From Octopus sinensis (taxonomy: Eukaryota): a DNA stretch of 64,000 bases. A program made the position numbers and the translations under genes. Positions within the stretch are counted from its first letter, which is position 1, and every line of letters starts with the position of its first letter. A model generated the notes under the pieces. That model made no database searches and had not been told where the DNA came from. It saw only the letters and a list, made by a program, of their open reading frames with translations. The stretch covers positions 105,152,001 through 105,216,000 of the forward strand of contig NC_043004.1 of NCBI RefSeq assembly GCF_006345805.1. The letters run 5' to 3'. This document shows, in pieces, positions 52,101 through 64,000 of the stretch.

Positions 52101-53015
52101 TTTTAAGCCAGCCTGCCTACTGACCAAGGTTCTTTATTTGTATTAATGTTGGGAGAGGAAGATGTCACATCTGTCCAATCTCCTCCCTCTACTACCTGCA
52201 GTCTTTTGTTGTCTTGGCAACATTTCAACTGATACCAAAGGGGGACTGACTGGACCAGACACATTAAAGCCAACCACAGCCTCTGGACACATTAATTTGT
52301 CCACCAGTTGGCGGTACAGATGGACAAAACAAGGCAATGAGTGGTGGGAGAGGGAGTCATTTTTGTTTTCTTTGTTGATTCCTGTCCCCACAACTACCTG
52401 ATCCCTCTTTTCTCTTTGTAATTCAAGCTTTGATATGGTGTGTGTTTTGTTGAAAGATTTGAGTGTTTGTGGAGATGGTTGTGTGTTTGGTGTGTGGGGA
52501 TGGGTGATTGTTTTTCCTGTTGGTGGAAAATATATCTATATATATTATATCTATTTACAAATCTATGTTATACATCTTTATATTAATGTATAGTAGTTAT
52601 CATAACTATGTAAAAGGTCTCAATGTGATTATGATACACTAACTATTTATTGTGTTTGGATATATCTTTCTTTGAAGCTATATTTTGGTGTGTAAATAAA
52701 TGATTAGATGGACGTTAAACGATGATGATGATGATGATGATGTGGTTTGTGTGTGGAGAAAGAAAGTGAGAGAGCCAGTAGTAATGGTGGCAGTGGTAAT
52801 TCATAATGGAATGAGTTTGTGTGTGTGTTGATTGGTTGGGTACAGACTGTGTTGAAACAAAATGCATTGTTTGTGGTAGCTGGTCCTATAATTGATGGAA
52901 GGAGTTTGATTATAATTGGTGGTGTGTGACTTCTTGTGGTTGCTTAACTGTTTGCTTCATTGTTTGGACATGCAAAAACCACAAAAGTCTGATTAAAAAT
53001 TGCATCCAACATAAA

Positions 53016-53455
53016 TCTATACATATAAAGCAGAAGTTGTGTGTGTGTGTGTCGCATGTTTGGTAGCCTTCAACTAACACTATCTTCTCGAAGACCCTGT
53101 GGTGCAAGTTGACCAAAATTGAGAGTATGATAGAAGAAGGCTTGCTCTTCATTCCGTAGGAGGAAAAATTCAAATCGGACCATGTTAACACCAAAAATTA
53201 TTTACATCAAAAGAGTGCTTTTTTTCAACGAAAATTCCTGTTTTTTACGATTTTCTTACTGCTGTGTCACCATTTTGCGGTGTATTTCAACCAGAAAAAA
53301 ATGTTCACTTAAAGAGAATAACAAGCTACATAAGGCAAAATTTTTACTTTTCAAAAAAGATTGAAACTATGTCAAAACTTTTAACGCGACATCAAAGTCT
53401 GCCGTTTTAAGCGCAACTAAAAAACAAACCCGAGCAATGCCGGGCTATACTGCTA

Positions 53456-53456
<1 letters not shown>
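53016..53456 (+). mobile_element. non-autonomous Helitron, different internal sequence
   Basis: A|TC start, hairpin CCCGAGCAATGCCGGG, CTAG|T end. Confidence 0.85.
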
Positions 53457-53493
<37 letters not shown>

Positions 53494-56093
53494 ATCTTGT
53501 TTTAGTCAATGGACTGTCACCATATTGGGGTACTATCTTAACTCTTTAGCTAGCATTTGGATTACTCTTGCAAGCATAATGTTTATTTATGCAAATTGGT
53601 TTGAATTAATCGTGCAGTATCTCACTGCTTCTAGATTTCAGTGATGTGATTGTATATTTTTTGAGTGATATTGTATGGACATAAAATATGTAGAATATTT
53701 GGGCCTGATATGGCTGATCTAAATGCTAATGGATTAAAGGGTTTAATTGAGCAAATTAGCCCAAATACCTTTTTTCTCTTAGTCTCTTTTGCTGAACCAC
53801 ACCATCCAGCAGCTAGACATCTTTCTCAGCCATCAGTGTCTTCCCTATTTTCAAATTCTGCCATTCTGTAGATGAGAAGACATTTGCAGAAAATTTTAAA
53901 ATCATATACAATAATGTGTGTGTGTATGTGTAACAGAATACAATGTTTTTGGTAGTGTACAAAATAGTATGTTAGTAATAATAGCTTAGTCAGAAGAAAC
54001 GGAGAAAGTATTCCTTAGTTTATTTATATACAGGTACAAAATGTCTTCAAATTTTCCAGTGAAACAGAATAAAATAAAATATATACATTATTACATTTAA
54101 TCGTTTAGCATTTAAACGGGCCATATCTGGCCAGAATATTCTACCTATTTTATATTCAAACTGACCAGACCTGGCCTTTCACACTAACATTACAATATCA
54201 GTCTAAAACTTATGTTACCTCATGAAAATCTCATAGCTACAAAATAATGCATGATTTAATTCAAAACAATATGAATGCTAAAGAGTTAAAAAAATTTTCA
54301 AGCAGTTGAGAATGATTATGCCTTTACAAGAATGGGATAAATTCTTAACTAAAATGATGTAAATTTTTTTCTTTACTTCATTTTATTTCACTTATTTGGA
54401 AAATTTGAAGAATTTCTATACTTGTATAATAAATAAATCAAAGAACAATTCTTCATTTCTTCTGAGTAACCTCGGTATTTATACTAATACATTGTCCGTC
54501 TTTACATACATTCTCAGTTCAAAATCCACTGAGGTCGACTTTACCTTTCATCTTTTTGGAGTTCATAAATTAAGTACCAGTTGAACATTGGGGTTGACGT
54601 AATCAATTTACTTCCTCCCCCACTATTGCTGGCCTTGTGCCAAAATTTGAAACCATTATTATTACTAATACATACACACATAAACATGCATTCACACATA
54701 CACATGCATACATATGTATAATCATGTTGAGCTGCAATAGCTGTAGGAAACTTTTTGGGGTGTAATTTTGTGTTATGCAAAATGTCAACAACTTAAAAAC
54801 CTGTTTTGGTCCTTTGTCTTGTCTGTGTAGTAGATTAACATATTGTGGAAGATAGTGTCCCAGCTCTTTTGAAGCTATTTTATTTGGTATGCTTATTGTT
54901 GGCATTAAACATTGGTTTCCTGTTACTTGAAATCTTGGCAACTGGTACCATCATACACTACAATAATACAAAATTCATAATTGATGATGAAGACTGATGT
55001 GAGCATATGCACACACACACACACACACACACTATGTTCAGTATAGGTCAAATGGAATATTGATACTCATGTGACCTGAAAGGGTTTACAGGAGATGGCT
55101 ATTGTTTCCAAGGCAAATATTCAATTCTTTTGTCCAGTTTATGTGACCCACATTACAATAATAGAAAATTTACAGGGCATGACAGAACAAGACAGAATTT
55201 ACATTCTTGAGCAGGAGTTTGTAAAATATATTTGTAGTTATTGTGAATATTTACATAAAAGGGGGCAAAGAGTTGATATTTCAGATTCTTGAAATTTTCT
55301 GATATCATCTGATATTGTAAAATGCATTCATATACACATATATAAAATGGACATTTTTTTTAGTTTCCATTTACCCAAATCTACTCACAAGGATTGTACT
55401 ACACAGTGGGAAGCAAACTTTTTCACTATACAACCTTATAGTTTTAAACTAACTGCTAATGGGACATGGGTTCATATATACTGATGACATTTTGATGTGT
55501 TTCTGATCAGGTTACTTTTCTATATTCTACAATCCCCATGGTTCACCAAGCTATGAAGAATAGGTACCAGATCGTGAGAATGTTTAATCCAAGACCTGAG
55601 TTCAACCACTATGCCAAGGTACCACCATAGCTCTAGTCTCTGACTCTGTTAGTCTGGTATATGTGTAATGATCTATTCTATGTTGAACTCCTCAAATGGG
55701 GGTCCTTGCCCATCAGCTTCACATCTTTCTCCGCCATCAGTAAATCTTCCTATTTCTAAATTCTGCAAACTAAAATAGTTTTGAGACTGTGTAGAGTAAC
55801 ATATTACTAATAATGATTTCAAATTTTGGCACAAAACTAGCAATACAGGGGGCAAGGGCTAAGTTGATTACATTGATTCGAGAGTTCAATTGTTACGTAC
55901 TTTATCGACCCCCAAAAGGATGAAAGGCAAAATTGACTATGGCAGAATTTGAACTCAGGACATAAAGATGGATGAAAGCGTTTTGCCCAGTGTGCCAATG
56001 ATCTTGCCAGTTTGCTGCCTTAGTATATTACTAATAATAATAAGTTACAAGGTTAGTAGAAGAAATGAGCAATTGTTCCTTAGTTTATTTATA

Positions 56094-57335
56094 ACAAGTT
56101 GAGTAAAAAGGAAGCAATGTTTTGAACCATGAAGAATTTGTACTGGATATTTGTAGAGTTTTGAATTTTTTTGCAGTTGTCTGATAATACAGACATAGGC
56201 TTGCCCAAATGCATCAATAAGTTAACATTGATATTTTTTTCACCATTGTTATAATCATCTGAAATAGAGCTGTCAAAGCGCAATATTAAAGCAATTCTGC
56301 TATTCAACTTCAAAAAAGTATGTTAAGCAGTTGAAACTGCTCACAATATCAATGAAATGTTTGGTGAGATGACCCGTGAGTGGTTAGCTTGAAAATGGTT
56401 TAAACGATTTCAGAGTGGAGACCTGAGCCTTGAAGTTTGTGAGCGTAGTGGATGCCCATCTGTCATTGATGACATTCAATTAAAGACCGTCATTGAGAAA
56501 GATCCATGTAAAATCACTCAAGAACTGGCAAAAGAACTTCAAGTTAGCCAGAAAACTGCCTGCAATCTGAAAATTGAAAAAGCTTGACAAATGAGCACCA
56601 CATGATTTGAATGAAAATCAGAAAATGTGCAGATATGAAATTTGCTTGTCACTTCTTCATCGTAACCAGACCAATCCATTTCTTGACTGTATTGTAACTT
56701 GCGATGAAAAGTGGATTCTGTAAAATAATAAAAATGTTCTTCACAATGGTTAGACCAAAATGAAGTGCTGTAAACCTTCCCTAAACCTGAGCTCTTCAAA
56801 AAGAAGGTTATGGTGACTGTTTGGTGGTGTACTGCTGGACTCATCCACAATAACTTCTTAAAACCTGGACAAACCATTACTGCAGAAACATATTGCCATG
56901 GAATTTCCAAAATGAATGGAAAACTGCTATTCCTCCATCCCAGACTGGTCAACAGAAGAGGACCAATCATTCTTCATGACAATGCTTGGCCACATGTTTC
57001 ACTAATGATACTCCAGAAGTTGAGGGAACTTGGCTACAAAATTCTTCCCCACCCAGCTTATTCCCCAGACCTTTCTCCTACTGACTATCACTTTTTCAAG
57101 CACCTTGATGGTTTCCTGTGAAAGAAGGAGTTCAAAAATCAAACCAATATTTTGAGTTCATCAGCTCCAGAACTCTAGATTTTTATGTTACCAGAAAAAA
57201 CAAATTTGTAACTCGTTGGCAAAAATGTGTTGATTGTAATGGTACTTACTTTGAGGAATAAGGTTACCACATTGTTGAAATAGGTTGTGATGAATTTCAT
57301 GTTTTGAAACGTTGCTTACTTTTTACTCAGCCTGA
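56094..57335 (+). mobile_element. full-length but disrupted mariner (DD34D) transposon
   Basis: Imperfect TIRs (GAGTAAAAAGGAAGCAATGTTT / AAACGTTGCTTACTTTTTACTC), TA flanks, and motifs VTCDEKWIL, LHDNAWPH and YSPDLSPTDYHFF with 34 residues between the 2nd and 3rd D. Several stops and frameshifts. Confidence 0.93.
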
Positions 57336-58292
57336 TATACAAGTACAGAATGTGTTGAAGTAAAATAAAGTAAAATATTTATGTTGTCACGTTTAAGAAT
57401 TTGTTTAGCTCTTGAGAATGCTTATTCTCAAGCACAAGATAAATTCTTAAAATGTGATGATGAAAATATTTTTTTTTTATTTTATTTTATTTAACTTAAT
57501 TCCTTTTCATTGGAAAATTTGAAGATTTCCTGTAATTGTATATAAAATATATTAAGGAGCAATTCCTTCATTTCTTCTGACTAGCTACATTATTATATTA
57601 CTAATATACATCTATTATCTCTTATTTGTTTTAGTTATTACACTGCAGCCAAGTCCTTATTTTTTTAAAACCGATACTTATTCTATTGTTCTCTTTTTTT
57701 GAACCGCTAAGTTACAGGAATGTAAATACTCTAGCAATGATTGTCAAGCAGCGGTGGCGGATAAACACACACACACATTGCTGATGGGCTTCTTTCAGTT
57801 TCCTTCTATCAAATCCACTCACAAGGCCTTGGTCAGCCCACCCACTGCACACTCTTTACTTTCTCTGCTTGTTTCTTTCTGTGGAAGAGTGTAGGCTCGA
57901 AACATTAAAGACTTTTTCACTTCCTGAGCATTTAACTAATACATCTGTTTGTTGTCTACACCATCTGTCTTCGTCTTTTGTTTTTTTTGTGAATTTTTAC
58001 CCTATAGTAGAAGATGCTTGTCCAAGATGCTATTTGGTGTGTGTGTGTCTTTGTGTTTATACACTATCACCACTTGACAACCAGTGTTGGTTTGTTTATG
58101 TCCCTGTAACTTAATGGTTTGGAAAAAAAAAAGACTGATAGAATAAGTACCAGGCTTTAAAAAAAAAACAAAATACAAGTAGCGGGGTTGATTTATTTGA
58201 CTGAAACACCATTTAAGGTAATGCCTCAACAACACTGCAGTCCAATGACGGAAATAAATAACAGATAAGATATATCTTGAAAGGGTTTAGAG

Positions 58293-58560
58293 CAGTGCTG
58301 CTCAAAGTGGTGGTCTGCAGACCATTGCTGGTATGCGGCGAGTTTCCAGAAAAGAAGAAACATTATAAAATGCTTATGTAATATCGCATTATTTGTTTAC
58401 AAAATATAAGATTAAAAAAATTGTCAACTTTTATTATATTCATTTTATATATTGTTTCCGGTATACATTAATATTACTAAGAAATATTACCGGTCCCTGG
58501 CACATTAGGGGGGGAAAAAAAACTGCCAGTATGCCACATCAGATAGTTTGAGAAGCACTG
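58293..58560. mobile_element. hAT (Charlie-like) MITE
   Basis: TIR CAGTGCTGCTCAAA/TTTGAGAAGCACTG and a perfect 8-bp TSD GTTTAGAG at 58285-58292 and 58561-58568. Confidence 0.92.
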
Positions 58561-60151
58561 GTTTAGAGGAGAGGACTATTATTTCCAAGACATTCAGTTC
58601 TTTTGTCCAGTTTATACAAATGACCTACATCACAATAATAGAAAATTTACAGGGCATGACAGAACAACACAGAATTGACATTCTTGAGCTGGAGTTTATA
58701 AAATATATTTATAGTTGTGAATATTTACATAAAAGGGGGGCAAAAAGTTGATATTTCAGATTCTTGAAATTTTCTGATATCATCTGGTATTATAAAGCAT
58801 TTTTTGTGCATTTTTATTGGAGATTTTTCTTTTATAATCCAATATTTATCTTGTTTTTATTTTATATTATTATTTTTTTTTGCTATTGACACGTGTGTGT
58901 GTGTGTTTGTATAGGTGAATGGTTTAGACATTCGCGTCACAGACATTGAAGTTCTAAATTCAATTTCATGGTGTGGCATCTTGGGCAAGTGTTTTCTGTC
59001 ATGTGTTTGATTTGATGCAAACCTTAAGTGAAATCGAATATTATGGGACTTGCACTTGTGAAGAACCAGTGAAATAGAAAAAAACATCCCTTACTTGAAG
59101 AACAGGTGAGGGTTGGGACTAAAAGAGCATTTACCTTTTGATCCCAACTCATTTGTTGTTCAAGTAAGGGATTTTTTTCTAAGCATGATGTCAATTAGGC
59201 AGTGTTGTGCAAACACATGTGGAATGTAAATAATACTCATCTACACAGTACGCTTGGCATCCATACAGTTTCTGTCCACCACTCATAAATCATTGGTAAC
59301 CTAGTAATAGACATTTGTCTCAGGTGTCATGCAGTGAAACTTGAAACTACATAGTTGGCAGAAACACATGTTCACAGCTTTCTTATTGTCTTCAGAGAAG
59401 AAAACAAAATCTTGAGCTTTTTCTTATTGCATGTTAATTCAGGAAATTGGTTGCTGGTTGATTGTTGAGATTGTCTCTTCCTTTGAAGTCAGATGTAATT
59501 GCTGTTTGTTGCTTGTTCACATTCTCTCAAAGCTGTGTTCTGATTATATCTTTTTTAGAATTTTTTAATATTTGTTATGAGTTCCTTGCAGTTTATTTGT
59601 AAAAGTAAAGTTCCTAAAACCCTTAACATTTCTAGATCCTCACAACTGTCTCTTCAAACTGAAGTAGGATTGGCATATGTTATTGCCTCTTAATAATTGC
59701 TGGGAGTGGTATGGCTGGTGTAGACTTTCTAAATGTTTTGATTTATGTTGTCTTTGTGTTTATTTGACTTAGCATTCCTCTGTGTTGTGAGTATTGTTTG
59801 CATCATTAATCATCTATTTTGTGTGTGTTGTAGTAGTGATGGTGGGGGTTTTAATGAGTATGGATGTGCTGTTGCTCAGTAGTGCTTTCTGATTTAGTTT
59901 TGTTTCATGTGTGATGTAATGCAATGTATGTAACTGCTCCCTTGTTATAAATGTTTGGTGATCTGTTATGTTATAAGTATCATGACTCTAATTGTTATAT
60001 TGGCTTTACAAGTATAACACTATCCTCTCATATTATCATCATTTAACATCCATTTTCCATGCTGGCATGGGTTGGACAATTTGACAGAAGCTGGCCAACT
60101 GGAAAACTGCCCAGGCTTCAATTGTCTTCTTCTGCAGCCCAATGCTGCTTT

Positions 60152-60195
<44 letters not shown>

Positions 60196-60886
60196 GTCCT
60201 CACTCTACGGAGCTGTATCATTGCTCTCCAGCCATTCCCTATATACCCATGTTTACCACTTGTTGTATACCCTTCTCCTCCACTCTCTCCCATTCTCCTT
60301 TTGCACTCTTCTGAACTCCCTGCTCACCCTATCCAATCCTCCCTACCATCCCACTCACATTCCCCTCCTTATACCTTGAGGGTACACTGGCACATCTTCA
60401 CCATCTTCTCTCTCTCTCCTATCCCCTCTATCATACTCTAACCTCTCATCACCTGACACAAAGCCACCTCCCTCAATACTACTCTTCCTCTCAGTTGAGG
60501 GGTCTTGCAAGTTATTTATTGATCTCATCAGTGCTGGCTCTATATAAAAGGCATCCAGTACACTCTGTAAAGTGGTTGGCATTAGAAAGGGCACCCAGCC
60601 ATAGTAATCATTTCAAAGCTGTCAGTAGAGCTTGGTGTTGTCTCCTGGCTTACCAACACTTACCAAACTGTCAAACCTTTGTCAGCATAGAAAATAAATG
60701 TTAAATGATGATGATGATAGGCTCAGACACGGCTATGTGATTAAAATACTCACTTTGCAACCATTTGGTTTGGGGTTCAGTCTCACTGTACAGCACCTTG
60801 GGCAAGTGTCTTCTACTATAGCTTTGGACCAGATAATGCTTTGTGAGTGAGTTTGGTAGACAGACTATTTGGAAGCCTGTCATATA

Positions 60887-61009
60887 CGAGGGGGGTATGA
60901 AAAGTCTTGAGCCTCAAAAACACAAAACATAGTACAAGACTTCTGATGAAGGTACAAGACATCAAGGCTCAAAGGCCTTGAAGCCTCAAAACTTTTCATA
61001 CACCCTTCG
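60887..61009. mobile_element. 123-bp mariner-type MITE nested in a SINE
   Basis: TA flanks; TIR CGAGGGGGGTATGAAAAGT vs CGAAGGGTGTATGAAAAGT. Confidence 0.85.
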
Positions 61010-62255
61010 TATATAGAATACATATATATATATAACACATGTATGTATGTACGTACATACATATGTATGTATGCATGCATGCATATGTGAATAGGTGTTT
61101 GTGTTTGTTCTTCTCTCCTACTGCTTGACAACAGGCGTTGGTTTGTTTACATCTCCGTAACTTAGTGGTTTGGCAAACAACACCAGTAGAGTAAATAACA
61201 AACTTAAAAAATAAGTACTGGTCTCGATTTGTTTGACTAAATCCTTCAAGGCAGTGTCCAAGCATGGCCACAACCCAATGATTGAAACAAGTGGAAGATA
61301 AAAGATGATACGTAGTTGACAAAAATTATTGCTTTAAAAAAATGTTAAAATATTTTGGCATGTTTTGGAAGCATCTTCATTGGCAGTAAATACAAAGCAT
61401 ATTTTTACTCCACTTCAGAGCCTGAAATTATTTCAGCCCTTCCCCAATCAACTTCACAACAGTTTCTGACATTCTACAAAGTTCAGGTAAGACCTATATT
61501 GGAGGACTGTTTCCACATCTGGGATGGTGTTACTGATATACATATGGATGTTCTGGGATGCATCCTGAGAAGAGCCACTCAGCTGTTTGGCTTATTCCGG
61601 CTTCAGGCCCAGCTCTGTACAATCTACTCTCTCTTTGTCTGTTTGTCTGTCTCTCACTCTCTGTCCCCTCTCTTTTTTTTTTTTTTTTTTTGTATTGCTA
61701 CTATAATGGTATTTGTTCCTTGAAGCTGGTTAGTCTTTTATGTACTTTCTTCATCTAGGGCCCCTCAAATACCCCCCCCCCCACCATAGCCACACACTAA
61801 CCATTATGCTCTGTTCCTCCTCCTGAGAACTCTCCCCTCACTCTCTGAAATCTTCTTGGGTCATGTGTTTCCTCTAAGTGTTGAATTGCAATAGTTGAAA
61901 TGGGACCCCAATAGCATTAAGTTCATGGTCTCAAAAATCTGATAAACATCATAATCACTTGGTCCTCTCAGACTCGGAAGTAAAAAAAATAAATAAAAAT
62001 AAGTTTATCACCATCATCATCAATTATTTATTTTTCTATATCCTTTTGTCATATCCTTGTTGCTGCTGTGTCTTTTTTTTGAACAATGAAAACTGCACCT
62101 GTTTGTGTTTTGTATCTTGTCCTTTGATATTGCCTTCAATGCTTTCGGCCCTTAAATAAAGGGTAAGGGGAGGAGACCCCTTTCACTCATGAATGACCAT
62201 GGGATTGTATCTAGAAAGTTCCCCTCCAAGGTGCAAGTCCGGGCAAGGTGGTTAT

Positions 62256-63347
62256 TGTGATGAGAGATAGACGATCTGAGTGAGTTTGAAAGGTCTGGAG
62301 TTGAGTGAAGTTTGTGTTGGTCGGAAGGTGTTGGTTGGCCAATTCACAAGGAATATTGATTGCTAGTTTGTAAAGAGATTTGTTAGTTCTTCACATTGTT
62401 GCTACTGTTGTCTGGTTATCTTATTGTACATAACAGAATTACGTTACAACATCTGGTGATGAAGGTTTTGAAGCTCACATAGGTTATTTAACAATTTGTT
62501 TATGATACAACTTGTTAAATAATGGAAGACCCATTGGCTTCCAGAGTACAGTTGAGTGAAGCTAGAACATGAGCAGCAACAGGAGTTGCAGATGCAACTA
62601 TTACTGCAACAACAACCACAACAACAACAACAGTTATTGGAGCTACATTCAAAGAAGTCCAAAAATAAGTTAGATTCATTTTCGCCAGATGGCGTTTCCA
62701 ACTCGATTAATGAATTCAGTTATAACCCGGAGGAGTGAATAACTTTCGCATCATACTCCAGAAGGTATGAGAAGATTTTTAAGCAAGATTGCAAATCATG
62801 GTCAGATGAACAAAAAGTGAGATTGTTATTGGGAAAATAAGAGCATGAACGTTGGTGCAATTTCATATTGCCCAAAAAACCCAATGAAATTTGTTTGAAA
62901 GAAATAATAGAATTACTGTCTTACATATTTGATGATTAGACTTCTCTATTTAACATTGTTGGAATATAACGAGAAAAGAGAATGATGACTTTATTATCTA
63001 TGCAGGAACAGTGAGCAACAGCTAAAAAAGAAAAAAAAAAAGAGAGGGAGAGATGGTTGAAAGAAATAAAAATAAAAGAAATTCCACTTTCTCACAGAAG
63101 TCGAAATCTCAGAAGCGGGGAATGTTGTGATGAGACTTACAACGCCCCCTTGCGAGAGAGACTGGTCCGAGTAAAGTATAAATAGTAACGATCCGAGTGG
63201 TTCAGAGTTTGGAGTCAAGTGAAGTCAGTTGGTTAGTTCACAAGGAATATTGATTGTTGGTTCAAAAAAGATTTATTAGTTCATTACATTGATTTTACTG
63301 TTGTCTGGTTGTCTTATTTATTGTACGTAACAAATTACGTAACAACA
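62256..63347 (+). mobile_element. internally deleted Gypsy LTR retrotransposon
   Basis: Diverged LTRs at 62256-62451 and 63123-63347 (TG...CA), PBS-like TGGTGATGAAGG, PPT AGAAGCGGGGAA, and 5-bp TSD GTTAT. A gag remnant at 62522-62940 reads SINEFSYNPEE..RRYEKIF..WSDEQKVRLLL..NFILPKKP. No pol. Confidence 0.88.
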
Positions 63348-64000
63348 GTTATGGAGGACCAGCAGTCACCCATGCTTACCAGTCTCCCCTCTCCATGCTA
63401 CTGATGTTGTCCAAGAAAAAAGCAAAGGGTGATACAGCTTAGTACTAGTGACATCACAGCTAATTTCTTCAACTAATTAAACTGGAGCAATGTCAAATAA
63501 AGTGTCTTGCTCAAAAACACAGCCTGGTCTGGGAATCAAGCTCACATCCTCATGATTGTAAGCCCAATGCTGTAACCACTTAGCCATGTGCCAATAAAAT
63601 ATATTATAGTGGCAAAAATGGCTACAGTGAAAGGCCCTACTCTAAGTTTTCGCCTATAAATTGGAGAGCATGAGGGAGGGCTCATGTCTTAGACAGAGTA
63701 ATCTTGGATCAGTGGGGTTTCTTGATTGGCCCTAGTTGGAGTTTATCCTACATCAGAAGCCTTTATGTAAATCCCCACTGAAATTGTAGTCTGTCCATGT
63801 GATGTCCCCTTCATCTATGTTCCTGTGGTTAACAAAAGAAATTATTATTATTGGCAGTGGTGGTGATGCTTTATTTTATTTTCCACAGAGGCATCGGAGG
63901 AAGGTTACATATAGTTTTGTGGGTTTTCATAAGAGAGTATGAAAAGAAGAAAAATAATAAAAATTGAAAAATCATTATATGTGTTTAATTATCCAGAAAT

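Noticed and set aside
62556-62738. Poly-Q ORF resembling a transcription factor
   Set aside because: It lies between LTRs and continues into Gypsy gag motifs.

Overview
AT-rich, repeat-dense eukaryotic DNA. The SINE families look like those I recall from Octopus (coleoid cephalopod) genomes; that is inferred from memory, not from a search. No protein-coding gene can be confidently named, and most ORF-track entries are microsatellite or transposon artefacts. Supported content: (1) decayed transposons: a Ginger/GIN-like integrase element (3.5-5.1 kb), Tc1 (13.7-14.4 kb), pogo/Tigger pieces (14.6-18.9 kb), hAT (19.7-20.4 kb), a full-length but disrupted DD34D mariner (56.1-57.3 kb), an internally deleted two-LTR Gypsy element with a 5-bp TSD (62.3-63.3 kb), LINE 3' fragments, three non-autonomous Helitrons, and MITEs with TA, TTAA or 8-bp TSDs; (2) many tRNA-derived SINEs and microsatellites; (3) two promoter-like CpG-rich islands, one at about 13.0 kb (NRF1 motif plus RFX X-box) and a probably bidirectional one at 32.6-34.2 kb, with low-confidence exon candidates. 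Most worth follow-up: a hammerhead-core-like motif in a ~400-bp insertion in the Ginger element; highly structured 184-bp tandem SINE arrays in inverted orientation; a Pol III-like structured RNA candidate at 45.0-45.2 kb; a tandem duplication with reciprocal empty insertion sites; and an apparent shift in CpG decay near 34 kb.
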